A stretch of 60,816 nt of DNA from a virus (Duplodnaviria > Caudoviricetes): the IMG/VR virus record IMGVR_UViG_3300049143_000034, positions 1 to 60,816 of that record. The stretch is one strand, 5' to 3'. Within the stretch, counting starts at the first letter, position 1, and each line of letters opens with the position of its first letter. Below are positions 43,965-53,149 of the stretch, piece after piece. The notes beneath the pieces are model-generated. The model was not told the origin of the DNA. It was given only the letters and a program-made list of their open reading frames with translations, and did not search any database. The translations under genes were made by a program, and so were the position numbers.

Positions 43965-44845
43965 GCCAAACCTCCAGGGACGACGCGCAGTTGCGCGGGC
44001 GGGTTCTGCGAGGGCCATGCGCGCCTCATCAGCTCAGGGTCGGGGTTGTGCTTGGACTGCTCAGCCGCAGCGACGACAGCGGCACGGGAAGGACGGCGGT
44101 TGCCGTTGCGCTTGGACGCGATGCGCAGCCAGTTGCGGAAGGCGGCGTCCCAATCCCGGCACCGCCGGTCGTTTTGGTGCGCGTGATCGCGGAACTGGTC
44201 GAGTTCGAACCTCGCCTGCTCGGTCGACAACCCGAGTTCGCGAGTGAGCTTGTTGTGCGAGTCGTTGGGCTTCCACTCAGCAGGGAGGGGAACCTCGGGC
44301 TTGCGTCTGCGCTTCGCCGTTTTCGGCGAAGAAGAAGAGGAAGCTTCTAAGGAAGCTTCAAGGGAAGCTTCTAAGGAAGCTTTGTCGGACTCTGTGTCCG
44401 GGGTCGAGGGGACTCTGTGTCCGGGGTCGACCGGAACATCTGTCCGGGGTCGAGGGGACTCTGTGTCCGGCGTGAGGGGAAGCTCTGTCCGGGGTGAGAG
44501 GAAGGAGATTCCGGTGTGAGGGGAAATTGTGTCCGGGGTTTCCTGCTCTATCTCCTTCGGCAGGACCATCACGAGATCCCAGACAATCGGCCGGTGGCCC
44601 TTCGACAGGTGCGCCACCAACTGTTGGTCGCCGCGACGAATCAGCCCCTTCTCCTCCAGGGCACCCAGCGCTCGACGGACCGTTCGCTCGGTGAACTCGG
44701 AGCGCTCCGCGATCGTGCTCTGAGCCACCCACACGCCGCAGCCATCCGGGCCCGCGATCTCGGCCAGGATCATGAGGACGCCCTTCTCGGTACCTCCGCC
44801 GGCCTTCGCTACACGGGCCGCCCACTGGCAGGCTTGCCAACTCAT
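43961..44845 (-). CDS. Replication initiator (N-terminal HTH, internal origin, DnaT-like C-terminus)
   Basis: QSTIAERSEFTERTVRRAL..LEEKGLI; LP.EW.P...FRDH...DWDAAFRNW. Confidence 0.88.
   Translation of the reverse strand: MSWQACQWAARVAKAGGGTEKGVLMILAEIAGPDGCGVWVAQSTIAERSEFTERTVRRALGALEEKGLIRRGDQQLVAHLSKGHRPIVWDLVMVLPKEIEQETPDTISPHTGISFLSPRTELPLTPDTESPRPRTDVPVDPGHRVPSTPDTESDKASLEASLEASLEASSSSSPKTAKRRRKPEVPLPAEWKPNDSHNKLTRELGLSTEQARFELDQFRDHAHQNDRRCRDWDAAFRNWLRIASKRNGNRRPSRAAVVAAAEQSKHNPDPELMRRAWPSQNPPAQLRVVPGGLA
44339..44540. repeat. Replication origin: seven 22-23-bp iterons plus 12-bp repeats
   Basis: GGACTCTGTGTCCGGGGTCGAGG-like units at 44387, 44410, 44433, 44456, 44478, 44500 and 44522; GGAAGCTTCTAA-like unit about 4 times at 44339-44384. 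Confidence 0.85.
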
Positions 44846-45141
44846 GAAACCTCCGGGATACGACCGGCTGCGTCGCCGGAACCGAGATAGGGCGGGCACG
44901 ATGCGGCGCGTCGAATGGCCCGGCGCACTCCAGAGGAGGACATGCCGACGGCCTCGGCGATCTCGTCGGTCGACATTCCGTTCGCGGCGGCGAGCAGCAG
45001 GAAGTGGGCCTTGTTCAAGGCGAGGTTCTGCTCTTGACGGCGGAGGTGATCGAGCATGTCGACCAGGTAGGTGCGATGCTCGGAAACGCCGATATGCGGA
45101 TCGGCAGGCGAAGAGTCCCTGGGCAGAGATATCCTATGCAA
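44842..45141 (-). CDS. HTH protein (sigma70 region 4-like)
   Basis: GMSTDEIAEAVGMSSSGVRRAI; GAAAGGAGG RBS; TTG start. Confidence 0.75.
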   Translation of the reverse strand: MHRISLPRDSSPADPHIGVSEHRTYLVDMLDHLRRQEQNLALNKAHFLLLAAANGMSTDEIAEAVGMSSSGVRRAIRRAASCPPYLGSGDAAGRIPEVS

Positions 45142-45177
45142 AGGGGCCTCCTTTCCAGCTGGATGGAAGGGGGGTTC

Positions 45178-45251
45178 TCAGGCCCTGGGCTCGCGGTTCC
45201 GAACAGTGTTGGTAGCGCTGTTCAGACCCACCCGGGGCCGTCTTCATTCTA
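45178..45251 (-). promoter_or_regulatory. -10 box plus structured leader of the replication operon
   Basis: TAGAAT, then GGCCC..GAACAGcGCTACCAACACTGTTC..GGGCC-TGAG. Confidence 0.55.
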
Positions 45252-45359
45252 CCGGGCAAACGGTCTGCACTCGAGTCGCCACGACGTGTTATTTCGAACG
45301 AATGTGCGGGCAGCTCAACGGATGTCACTGCGCCCCCTCCATCAGGTCGAGCGTGGAAT

Positions 45360-46184
45360 TCATGCGGGCTCCCCGAAGTCGAAGGCGCCCTGCTGCAAAC
45401 GAGTCCGCAGGGACAGGTCCAGGTATTCCGCGTTGAGGTCGATGCCGATGTAGCGTCGGCCGTGTTTCGCCGCGGCCAGTCCGGTGGTGCCGCTGCCGGA
45501 GAACGGGTCGAGCACCACACCACCGGGCTTACATCCGGCCATCACGCATCGCTCCGCCAGCGCGGGAGCCATGACCGCGAAGTGGGCTCCCGGAAACGGT
45601 TGCGTCGGAAGCTCCCACACGTCCCCTCGATCCTGAATCGCGTCCTTGTCGAACCAGTTCCGGGCGGACTTGACGAGTAGGAATAGGTGCTCATGCGAAC
45701 CGGAAGGTCGGTCAGTCACCGATTCGGGCATGCTGTTCGTCTTGGCCCAGATGACCTCGGATCGCAGGACCCAGCCGTCGCCACGGAGCGCGAACGCCAC
45801 CATCCACGGGATGCCGAGAAGATTCTTGCCGGGGAGACCGCTCGCGGACCGCTGCGCTGCATGGCCCTGCGCTCGGGTGTTGCCGCCCTTGATGTCATAG
45901 CTCGTGCGACTGCCGCCGCTGTAGCTGTCGCCGAGGTTGAGCCACAGGGTGCCGTCGTCGGCGAGCACACGCCGCAGCTCGGAGAACAGCGCCCGCATGG
46001 TCTCGACGTACTCGGCAGGCGAGGACTCCAGCCCGTACTGTCCCTCAATGCCGTAGTCGCGGAGCCCAAAATATGGCGGGGAGGTGCAGATACAGTCGAC
46101 ACTGCCGCTGGGGAGTTCGCGCGCCACCGCGAGCGCGTCGCCGTGATACAGCGTCACCGAGGCGTCTTCGAAATACGGCTTCAC
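45360..46184 (-). CDS. N4-cytosine/N6-adenine DNA methyltransferase (beta class)
   Basis: TSPPYF precedes [12 protein letters not shown]. Confidence 0.92.
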   Translation of the reverse strand: MKPYFEDASVTLYHGDALAVARELPSGSVDCICTSPPYFGLRDYGIEGQYGLESSPAEYVETMRALFSELRRVLADDGTLWLNLGDSYSGGSRTSYDIKGGNTRAQGHAAQRSASGLPGKNLLGIPWMVAFALRGDGWVLRSEVIWAKTNSMPESVTDRPSGSHEHLFLLVKSARNWFDKDAIQDRGDVWELPTQPFPGAHFAVMAPALAERCVMAGCKPGGVVLDPFSGSGTTGLAAAKHGRRYIGIDLNAEYLDLSLRTRLQQGAFDFGEPA

Positions 46185-47194
46185 GGTGCCTCCATCAGGT
46201 CGAGCGTGTACTGATCCCCGAACGGTGTGGGGACGATGGACAGGTCTGGATCCTCGAGATGCGCCGCGATCCGCTCAGCGAGGAACGTCGCCACCGGCAC
46301 GGCAACGGCGTTGCCGATCTGCTTGCGCACCTGGTCCGCGGTCCCGACCCACTGGTAGGAGTCGGGGAATCCCTGCGCTCGGGCGCGTTCCCGGTTGGTC
46401 AGCATCCGGTGCCAGACACCGTCCCCCGTGACCGTGGCGACCGCGTGGTGGTTACCACCCGCGGTGACCGTGGCCAGCGGATGCTGATCAGCGCGGCGGG
46501 GTTTCGCGTTGCGCCGGTAGGTCACCAGGTGCGGCACACCTCGTTCGGTGATCTGGTCGATCTGCGGGGACACATACAGCCGTCGTGTCACCGGCCGGCC
46601 CAGGTCGGGGTCGAGGACCGTCGTAGCCGGAGGTGTGGCCACAGGCGGCAGTGACAGGTCCACGCCACCGTCGCGGGTGAACACTCCGAACCAGCGGCGC
46701 CGCACCTGTGCGACGGCCCCCGGCACCGCGGCGGCGTCGAGCACCGCGGGCTGATGCCGGTATCCCAGGGCTGCCAAGCCGTCCAGCCACCAGGGGAACA
46801 GGGTCCACTTGGTGAACTCCTCGACGTTCTCCACCACGATCGCCTCGTACTGATGCACCTCGGCCGCAGCGATCACCGCGAACGCGGTGGCCCGGTCGAT
46901 CGCCCCCGCGTCCGCCCGCAGCCGCTCCACCTCCGCGGGTGGCTGTTTGCGGCCACCGGATCGGGCATGCCACACACACGACGGCGACGCCCACAGAGCG
47001 GTAGTGCGGGGGAAGGTACGGAAGTCGGTCTCCGACAGGTTCGCGGTGACATGCTCGGTGTCCGGGTGGTTCTTCTGGTGCGTGGCCACCGCGGTCGGCC
47101 AATGGTTGGCGCAGATGTCGACGCGTTGGCCGGCGCGGCGGATACCTTCCGACGACCCACCGCCACCGGAGAATAGATCTGTCCAGGTGATCAC
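46181..47194 (-). CDS. C5-cytosine DNA methyltransferase
   Basis: [37 protein letters not shown]. Confidence 0.92.
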   Translation of the reverse strand: MITWTDLFSGGGGSSEGIRRAGQRVDICANHWPTAVATHQKNHPDTEHVTANLSETDFRTFPRTTALWASPSCVWHARSGGRKQPPAEVERLRADAGAIDRATAFAVIAAAEVHQYEAIVVENVEEFTKWTLFPWWLDGLAALGYRHQPAVLDAAAVPGAVAQVRRRWFGVFTRDGGVDLSLPPVATPPATTVLDPDLGRPVTRRLYVSPQIDQITERGVPHLVTYRRNAKPRRADQHPLATVTAGGNHHAVATVTGDGVWHRMLTNRERARAQGFPDSYQWVGTADQVRKQIGNAVAVPVATFLAERIAAHLEDPDLSIVPTPFGDQYTLDLMEAP

Positions 47195-47844
47195 GCCGCC
47201 TCACCCCGCTCGGCCAGGAATGCCACCAACTGGAGGCCGATGTGGCGGGTGTAGGCCGGAGGAATGGCCTGGCACAGTTCGTTACCGTTCATCCAGTCGA
47301 TGCCCATGGCCTCCGGGCCCACGTAGGTGCCGACATCGCCGGTGATGGAGACGTGATCGCCCATCTCCCAGCGCAGCTTCCGCTGCTTGGTGGCGGTGCG
47401 GATTACGTGCTTCGGATGCTCGGGCGCCACCAACGGCAGCCGGGACTCGAACCGGCGGTGTCGATAGGTTCGCAGACCGAACATGCCGCCGCACAGGACG
47501 ATCGAGCGCTTCCTGTCGAGCGGGGCGGCCATGACGTTCTCGATCACGTACGGCTTACCCAGCTCGTCCAGGGCGGCTCTCGTCGCCGCGACCAGGTCCG
47601 GGTACTCCTTGTGCGGATGCAGCGCCCCGAGGGGCGTGTACGCCTGGCATGGGGGGCTGGCGGCGATGGCGTCGAACTCGTGGCCGTGGGCGGCCAGGAA
47701 CTCCAGCGCGTCGCCCTGATGGAAGGTGAACGGGTAACGGGGTTGGGGTGCGATGTCCACACCCACTACCTCGAAACCGGCCTGGGCGTAGCCGGTGCTG
47801 GCGCCGCCGGCGCAGCAGAACAAATCAAGCAGCCGTGGTCTCAC
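47191..47844 (-). CDS. Short C5-cytosine methyltransferase-like protein
   Basis: [37 protein letters not shown]; 217 aa. Confidence 0.88.
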   Translation of the reverse strand: MRPRLLDLFCCAGGASTGYAQAGFEVVGVDIAPQPRYPFTFHQGDALEFLAAHGHEFDAIAASPPCQAYTPLGALHPHKEYPDLVAATRAALDELGKPYVIENVMAAPLDRKRSIVLCGGMFGLRTYRHRRFESRLPLVAPEHPKHVIRTATKQRKLRWEMGDHVSITGDVGTYVGPEAMGIDWMNGNELCQAIPPAYTRHIGLQLVAFLAERGEAA

Positions 47845-48260
47845 GCCGCCCCTCCCTCGATCGGGGTGACGCCACCGCGGTCATCGAGCAGCACCCACCG
47901 GCCGCGGTACAGCACCGGAACCTCCGCCGCGGTGAGGGAACCGTTGCGGCGCACCAACCAGCCGTTGGCGTACGCCTCTCTGCGATTGGCCTCGATCCGG
48001 TCGTGACACCGCGCCGCGACATGTAATGCGTTCGCCGGGCCGTTGACCCACTCCAGCGACGTACCTCCCCGGCCTCTGGGGGCACGGTGGTGGTAGTGGT
48101 CGGCGGGGCCACAGAAGTCCAGCTCGCACATCCCGTGGGAGCGGTGGGAGATGTCCTGCTTCGCGATCGTGGAGAAGCCGGGGCTCGACTTCTTGGTGCG
48201 CGACTGGCGCTTCGGCAACATCTGGCGGACCAGGTTGCGGGGGTTGGGGTGGACGGTCAT
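47841..48260 (-). CDS. HNH endonuclease
   Basis: RS.G.CE..C...HHR..R..GG...NAL....CH..IE. Confidence 0.8.
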   Translation of the reverse strand: MTVHPNPRNLVRQMLPKRQSRTKKSSPGFSTIAKQDISHRSHGMCELDFCGPADHYHHRAPRGRGGTSLEWVNGPANALHVAARCHDRIEANRREAYANGWLVRRNGSLTAAEVPVLYRGRWVLLDDRGGVTPIEGGAA

Positions 48261-48631
48261 GCCCCGTACACCCCGCTCCCGGAGATCGAGATGTCCGAGC
48301 GCACCGCGGCGCCCGTTGAGCGCCCGACCTCGATGCGGGTGGTGAGCGTCTTCACCGCCCGCGTCAGGCCACGAACTTCCATCTCCGCCAGTTCCGCGGC
48401 GAACCGCAGATCGTTGGTCTCAACGATCGCCTTGTGCTTCCGAAGGTCGACCGAGCCCTCAGCGCGGATAAAGGCTTCCGAGTTCGCAAGGGTGTGCGCG
48501 GCGCGCTTGCGGGTGGCTTCCTCGTCCTTCTCGTTGAGGGCGTTGGTCACCTCATCCAGACGGCGGGACAGCTTCATCAAGGCCAAGACGACTTCGTTCG
48601 GGTTCTGCGGCACCCTGAGTTCGTCGCTCAT
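48257..48631 (-). CDS. Coiled-coil recombination-region protein
   Basis: Helical; follows the Sak4-like ATPase. Confidence 0.75.
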   Translation of the reverse strand: MSDELRVPQNPNEVVLALMKLSRRLDEVTNALNEKDEEATRKRAAHTLANSEAFIRAEGSVDLRKHKAIVETNDLRFAAELAEMEVRGLTRAVKTLTTRIEVGRSTGAAVRSDISISGSGVYGA

Positions 48632-49521
48632 GACCCGGCCTCCGGGTTGCGCATCTTCACCTGAGAGGCACGCTTGCGGATGAAGTCACCCAGCACCGTG
48701 GGGAACCCGCCGTCGTCCAGCATCGGCGCGCCGTCGAGCTGATGGCCAGCGACCTCCTCGAACAGCTTCCGCAGATCATCGACCGAGTCCAGCTCCATCG
48801 CCCGCTCCCGGTACTCCATCACCGGAGGGACCTGGGCGCCGTCGGCGAGGAACTCCGCGACCTTCACCGCCAGCTCCACGCCGGGTTTGGTGTAGGCGGC
48901 GCCGATGTCCACGCCCTCGATACGGGACTTGCTGACCGTGAGGGTGTTCGACAGATCAAGGTCGCCGACGAGGTCGAACTCGTGCTCGATGCCGTCACGC
49001 TGGATCGGCTTCAACCCGACCCGGCGGGGCTCCTGCTTGCCGCGGTCGTTGGTCTCAAGCACGTACTCGGTCTTCACTCGCAGCGTGGCGATGACATGCC
49101 CGGGGAAGGCGAGGATGGCGTCGACCATCTTCTTCTCCTCGGGGCCGACGACCTTCCAGCCGGAGGCGAACTTGTTGGCACCGGAGCGTTTGTCGACCTG
49201 CTCCAACATGCCGTCCGCTCCCGCCCAGTAATGCGACAGGGAGTCGATCACCACGACATCGAAGCCGCGGCCGGCGGCCTTGCCGAGGTGATCCACCAGC
49301 GACAGCGGCGCGAACGAGGTGGGTTTGATGGTCTGGAATCGCCAGCCGTTGCGGCCCACATACTTCGACGCGGAGCCGCGCTCGGTGTCGATGACCGCGA
49401 CCTTCTCCCCCAGCCCAAACGCCAACATGAGAGCGGTGTAGGTCTTGCCGCTACCTGCGGGCCCGGTGAGGGCGATGCGGGCCTTCGCGGCTTCCTTGGT
49501 CGCTTCTTCGAATTCCATCAC
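48628..49521 (-). CDS. Sak4-like AAA ATPase / recombinase (AAA_24)
   Basis: GPAGSGKT, VIDTERGSA, VIDSLSH.W, QRDG.E.EFD. Confidence 0.9.
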   Translation of the reverse strand: MMEFEEATKEAAKARIALTGPAGSGKTYTALMLAFGLGEKVAVIDTERGSASKYVGRNGWRFQTIKPTSFAPLSLVDHLGKAAGRGFDVVVIDSLSHYWAGADGMLEQVDKRSGANKFASGWKVVGPEEKKMVDAILAFPGHVIATLRVKTEYVLETNDRGKQEPRRVGLKPIQRDGIEHEFDLVGDLDLSNTLTVSKSRIEGVDIGAAYTKPGVELAVKVAEFLADGAQVPPVMEYRERAMELDSVDDLRKLFEEVAGHQLDGAPMLDDGGFPTVLGDFIRKRASQVKMRNPEAGS

Positions 49522-50054
49522 GCCTCGATTCCCAGCAGCGGCACGGGCGAGTCAGCCAACATGTGGCGCACCACGTACTCCGCAGCGATTTCCGTCCTGA
49601 CTTGCAGCACCCCGGCAGGCCGGCGCACCTCGATACCCGGGATCGGGCGCCCCCGCACAGCCAGCGCCTCCGCCTGCTTGAGCAGATGCTCGGGGACTAC
49701 CTGCACCTCCGTGAAGAGGTCGGTGCGGCCGGAGTCGGTGAGGAACGCCAGCAACTCCCCCATGTCCGCCAACTCGATACGGGTGTCGAGCTTGTCGGGA
49801 TACTCGGCGCGCAACCACTCCTCCAATGCGGCCTTGTCCACGACCTTCGCGACCGGTTTCGGGTCGGTCTTGGAGACTTTCCCCAACTTGATGTCGTCGC
49901 AGGTGCGGGCGGGGATGCTGGCGCCCTTCGGGTACTGAAGGGCGGCGACCTGCTTGGTGCGGTCCAGTTCCTCCAGCACCATGTCGGCCAGCTTCCTCAG
50001 CATCACCAGCTTGTAGGCGAGGTCTGCGTCGGTGTATGCCTCGATGTCAGTCAC
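49518..50054 (-). CDS. Recombination-module protein (Gp157/Gam-like position)
   Basis: V.DKAAL..W...IPGIEV; directly upstream of Sak4. Confidence 0.75.
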   Translation of the reverse strand: MTDIEAYTDADLAYKLVMLRKLADMVLEELDRTKQVAALQYPKGASIPARTCDDIKLGKVSKTDPKPVAKVVDKAALEEWLRAEYPDKLDTRIELADMGELLAFLTDSGRTDLFTEVQVVPEHLLKQAEALAVRGRPIPGIEVRRPAGVLQVRTEIAAEYVVRHMLADSPVPLLGIEA

Positions 50055-50239
50055 CGATGCTCCTTGTCGTCGATGAGGGCCGGGCCCTGAATGAATTCGG
50101 CGATCTCGGCGGCTGTCGCCAGATCGAATGACGCCACCCGGGCAGGCAGGGCGGTGTAACTGGTCGAGATGCGGACCTGTTTGTCGACGTGCTCGACGGC
50201 CAGCGACGCGAACCCTGCGCGCCACACCCGCCGCGTCAT
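50051..50239 (-). CDS. Hypothetical protein (paralog of 50236-50418)
   Basis: W..G.A.L.VEH.D..VRI...EIA.FI. Confidence 0.7.
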   Translation of the reverse strand: MTRRVWRAGFASLAVEHVDKQVRISTSYTALPARVASFDLATAAEIAEFIQGPALIDDKEHR

Positions 50240-50418
50240 TCCCCCTCCTTGATGAATTGGGCGATCTCCTCGCGGGCGACGTGATTGAACGAGCCGACGA
50301 ACCCGTACTCGATGACCTCGCCGCGCTCGTTGACGCCGTGCAGTCCGATACGGACCCGGCCGTCGAGGTGCTCGACATCGAGGCGGGCCAGTCCGTCTAT
50401 CCAGGTGCGGATGCTCAT
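50236..50418 (-). CDS. Hypothetical protein (paralog of 50051-50239)
   Basis: Same motif; ATGA overlaps. Confidence 0.7.
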   Translation of the reverse strand: MSIRTWIDGLARLDVEHLDGRVRIGLHGVNERGEVIEYGFVGSFNHVAREEIAQFIKEGE

Positions 50419-51014
50419 GCCGACACCCCCAGCGCGGTCATGGTCAGCCCATACCGCTCCAGCTGCCGCTCCGAAACCCCGTAGTGCTCCTGAAGCCAGC
50501 GCAGCGCCGAGGCCCTGTCGTAGCCGAGCCAGACTCGCGCGAACTTGTACTCCTCGTGCGCGTCTCGCGCCTTCAGCAGCGTGGTGCGATGTTTGCGACC
50601 GGCATGGATGCACGACTCCGGCACCACGGCGACGCGGGTGTTCGACACCCACACCGACCACATGCCGCCCGGCTCCGGGAGTGCGAGATGGCGGCTGGCT
50701 TTCGGCAGGATCCCGGTGGGGGTGGTGATGTCCTCACGCAGGATCACCTCCACGAACGCCGGCCGGGACGGGACAGTTCGTTCGTCGGCTACAGCATTCG
50801 CTGCGGCGGCCTGTTCTGCGCGGTCTGCCAACTGCTCCGGATCGTCAGGGTCGGTCCAGGCGGAGAAGCACATGATCACCTGAGCGGCCTTCTGCGGCTC
50901 CTGGGCGCACCAGTCCACCAACTCCCGATGCAGGACCGCTGGGGGCTTGGAGCGGATGTCGTCGCACCAGCGCAGCGCAGCGGCGGCGATCTCGTCATGC
51001 GTTTCGAAGGTCAT
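50415..51014 (-). CDS. Hypothetical protein with C-terminal HTH-like segment
   Basis: MTFETH...YGVSERQLERY. Confidence 0.7.
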   Translation of the reverse strand: MTFETHDEIAAAALRWCDDIRSKPPAVLHRELVDWCAQEPQKAAQVIMCFSAWTDPDDPEQLADRAEQAAAANAVADERTVPSRPAFVEVILREDITTPTGILPKASRHLALPEPGGMWSVWVSNTRVAVVPESCIHAGRKHRTTLLKARDAHEEYKFARVWLGYDRASALRWLQEHYGVSERQLERYGLTMTALGVSA

Positions 51015-51544
51015 ACCAGAACCCCCGACGAGAGGGGGACCGCCAGGATCGCCTCCGCGGTCTCGCGCCTGGTGTAGCGATACGAGCGAGACTTTTTCAT
51101 CAGAGACAGCAAGAACTCTTGCGAAATGCCGGACGCTCGCGAGATCTGCCGCCACGTCCAACCCGCTGCCTTCAACTCCCGCAGGTGATCTCGCACGGCC
51201 GCGGCGGACACCATGCCGCGAAGGCAGCCGTAGCACCTCCCGGTGTCCGAGGCCGTCGGTTCGTATTCCACACCGCAGGACCGGCACACCCCCGCCGGGA
51301 CAGCCACCGGGACATCCGGCAGCGCCTCGGCCAGGGCATCGCGCTCGTAACTTCGTGTCAGCCAGAACCCGGCCCAGATGCCGTCGGTCTGGCCGGAAGC
51401 CAAGGCTTCGGCGCCGCACCTCCAGCGCACCGGGCATTTGGTGCAGGCTGCTCGCGCGGCGGAGGTGTCGGCGTTGCTGGAGGCGGGGAACCACATCTCC
51501 GGATCAGCTGAGCGGCACGCCGCCTTCTTACGCCAGTCGCTCAT
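51011..51544 (-). CDS. whiB: WhiB-family regulator fused to Zn-finger and HTH
   Basis: W...AAC..DPE.WFP...C..CPV...C...GIWAG; CRSC..CYGC; GWTWRQISRASGIS. Confidence 0.9.
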   Translation of the reverse strand: MSDWRKKAACRSADPEMWFPASSNADTSAARAACTKCPVRWRCGAEALASGQTDGIWAGFWLTRSYERDALAEALPDVPVAVPAGVCRSCGVEYEPTASDTGRCYGCLRGMVSAAAVRDHLRELKAAGWTWRQISRASGISQEFLLSLMKKSRSYRYTRRETAEAILAVPLSSGVLV

Positions 51545-51714
51545 GACTTCACCTGCTTCAAGCCGAGCATGTCCAGCAGCGTCCGCAAATCGTCCGCGTC
51601 GGTGGCGTACCGGGCAGCGGTGAGACGCGCCTTCGCCTGCTCCTCCGGGTCGTCGGGCTTCAACTCCCCAACCCCGCCGCGGAAGTTGACGATCAGCTGG
51701 TTGGTGTCGGTCAC
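51541..51714 (-). CDS. Hypothetical protein (57 aa)
   Basis: AGGAGG RBS; MTDTNQ...DADDLRTLLDMLGL; coupled. Confidence 0.7.
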   Translation of the reverse strand: MTDTNQLIVNFRGGVGELKPDDPEEQAKARLTAARYATDADDLRTLLDMLGLKQVKS

Positions 51715-51878
51715 GAGTTCCTCCTTGCCTGAGCGGGGACCACAACCACCGGCGTGAGGCTGGCCAACCGGACCATCGAGGCGATGGCGATGGGGTCGAA
51801 TCCCAGGCGGGACAGTCCGGTCGTGAGGGCTTCCCGGTCGGAGTCGGTCAGGTACTCCGAGCGCTGCTTCTTCTTCAC
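51711..51878 (-). CDS. Hypothetical protein
   Basis: GTGA overlaps. Confidence 0.6.
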   Translation of the reverse strand: MKKKQRSEYLTDSDREALTTGLSRLGFDPIAIASMVRLASLTPVVVVPAQARRNS

Positions 51879-52093
51879 AGCCCCACCGCCCGATCCAGCC
51901 ACTCGTCGTGGCCGCGGTCCCATGCCTCGGTGTCGTCGAACTCCTCGCCGGCGTCCTCCGGTTCGGTGTCAGCTTCGGAGACGACGACGAACGGCCGGAT
52001 CTTCGTCCACTCGTGCCAGATCACGCAGGCGCCGAGGGAAGCCGTTGCCACGGCGATGATCAGCACGATCCCGTTGCAAGCCACGATGGTCAC
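51875..52093 (-). CDS. Small membrane protein
   Basis: N-terminal TM with acidic tail; GTGA overlaps. Confidence 0.65.
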   Translation of the reverse strand: MTIVACNGIVLIIAVATASLGACVIWHEWTKIRPFVVVSEADTEPEDAGEEFDDTEAWDRGHDEWLDRAVGL

Positions 52094-52236
52094 AGCTCCG
52101 CCCCCGCCTTCTTCCGCTCCATCCGCTCGGCAACGCAGTTGCTGCACCCGCATGTCACCGGGTGGACTACGGTGCCCATCCAGAACCCGGTGCGCTCCCG
52201 GGTCTCCTCCAACTGCTGGAACCAGGGCTTACGCAC
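52090..52236 (-). CDS. Micro-protein (CGCSNC motif)
   Basis: MRKPWFQQLEE...; start may be 52245. Confidence 0.6.
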   Translation of the reverse strand: MRKPWFQQLEETRERTGFWMGTVVHPVTCGCSNCVAERMERKKAGAEL

Positions 52237-52426
52237 AGTCCTCACCCCCGAGGTCTGTTGCCTCAGCGACGGTGTCGAGCAGGGACAGGCCGCGGCGGGC
52301 GCCGAACCATCCCGCGGCCTCCAGGGCGAGTTCCAGCTCGTGGGCGGGGTCTTCGATCCGCCGGACCGCTTCGACCTGTGCGGCGTTGCGGTCGAACGGC
52401 TCGAACCACGGCTTACGCACGGCCAT
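52229..52426 (-). CDS. Hypothetical protein
   Basis: GGAGGTG RBS; MAVRKPWFEPF. Confidence 0.6.
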   Translation of the reverse strand: MAVRKPWFEPFDRNAAQVEAVRRIEDPAHELELALEAAGWFGARRGLSLLDTVAEATDLGGEDCA

Positions 52427-52619
52427 CGGACACCTCCCAGCTGCACTCGCAGGTGTCGTGCATGGCGTACTTGCAAGGCGAGCACCAGTCCTGACCATGG
52501 AGGTCGTGGATGTCGGCGAGAGCGCCGCAGTGGCAGCGCATCCACGGCCAAGGGGTCGCCGGGTAGCGGCGGCGCACGGACGGCCGCAGCCACGCCAGGC
52601 GTTCGATAAGTTCACGCAC
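52413..52619 (-). CDS. Cys-rich micro-protein
   Basis: CHCG...C..C...H..C.C; GGAGGTG RBS. Confidence 0.65.
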   Translation of the reverse strand: MRELIERLAWLRPSVRRRYPATPWPWMRCHCGALADIHDLHGQDWCSPCKYAMHDTCECSWEVSDGRA

Positions 52620-52863
52620 GGCCGGACACCTCCAGTCCGGTGCGGAACTTCCCGCAGTAGCAGCAGCCGCCCTCATATGGAGCGGCCAGCGCGCACCACG
52701 CGCCACTGGAGGTGTCCGGGTCCGGGCTCGACGTGATCTCGCCGTACTCATCGGAGACGACCTGGAGACCGGTCTCCGCCCACTCGAACAGGTCGGCCGG
52801 GCAGGCGGTGGGGATCTTGTTCAGCTGGGCCGCGATAGCGCGGCGGGAATCACGCGTGACCAT
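52612..52863 (-). CDS. Cys-containing hypothetical protein
   Basis: C...WC...CCYCGKF. Confidence 0.7.
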   Translation of the reverse strand: MVTRDSRRAIAAQLNKIPTACPADLFEWAETGLQVVSDEYGEITSSPDPDTSSGAWCALAAPYEGGCCYCGKFRTGLEVSGRA

Positions 52864-53149
52864 CGACAGTCACCACCTCGTAGCCCAGGTCCTTCAAGGC
52901 CCCAACGGCGTCGTGCTGCCCGAACTGGTCGGCGTTCAACGGTTCCCACTCCGCGATACGCCCGTCATCGAAAGCCGGGAACACATCCACCAACCGGGCG
53001 GGACGGTTCACGGCGACGATGACGAACGACGTCACACCCGCGTGGGAGATGTGCGGCGGGTCGAGTTCGTACACGGCGGCGTCGCGGCGAGCGAACGGAC
53101 CCAGCTCGGTGGTGGCGTACAGGTCGGTGCGGTAGGCGGTGCCGGTCAT
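52850..53149 (-). CDS. Hypothetical protein
   Basis: YELDPP...VFPA..DG....W...H..AL..LGYEV. Confidence 0.8.
   Translation of the reverse strand: MTGTAYRTDLYATTELGPFARRDAAVYELDPPHISHAGVTSFVIVAVNRPARLVDVFPAFDDGRIAEWEPLNADQFGQHDAVGALKDLGYEVVTVDGHA

Noticed and set aside
44387-44540. Regularly spaced repeats as a CRISPR array
   Set aside because: The repeats are contiguous without unique spacers, lie inside the rep gene, and no cas genes are present; they are iterons.
45134-45328. 64-aa ORF between the methylase and the HTH gene
   Set aside because: It spans a promoter and structured leader and has weak coding character; treated as regulatory, though translation cannot be excluded.
45360-48260. 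Complete restriction-modification system
   Set aside because: No recognisable REase; the adjacent HNH looks like the common recombination-region type.
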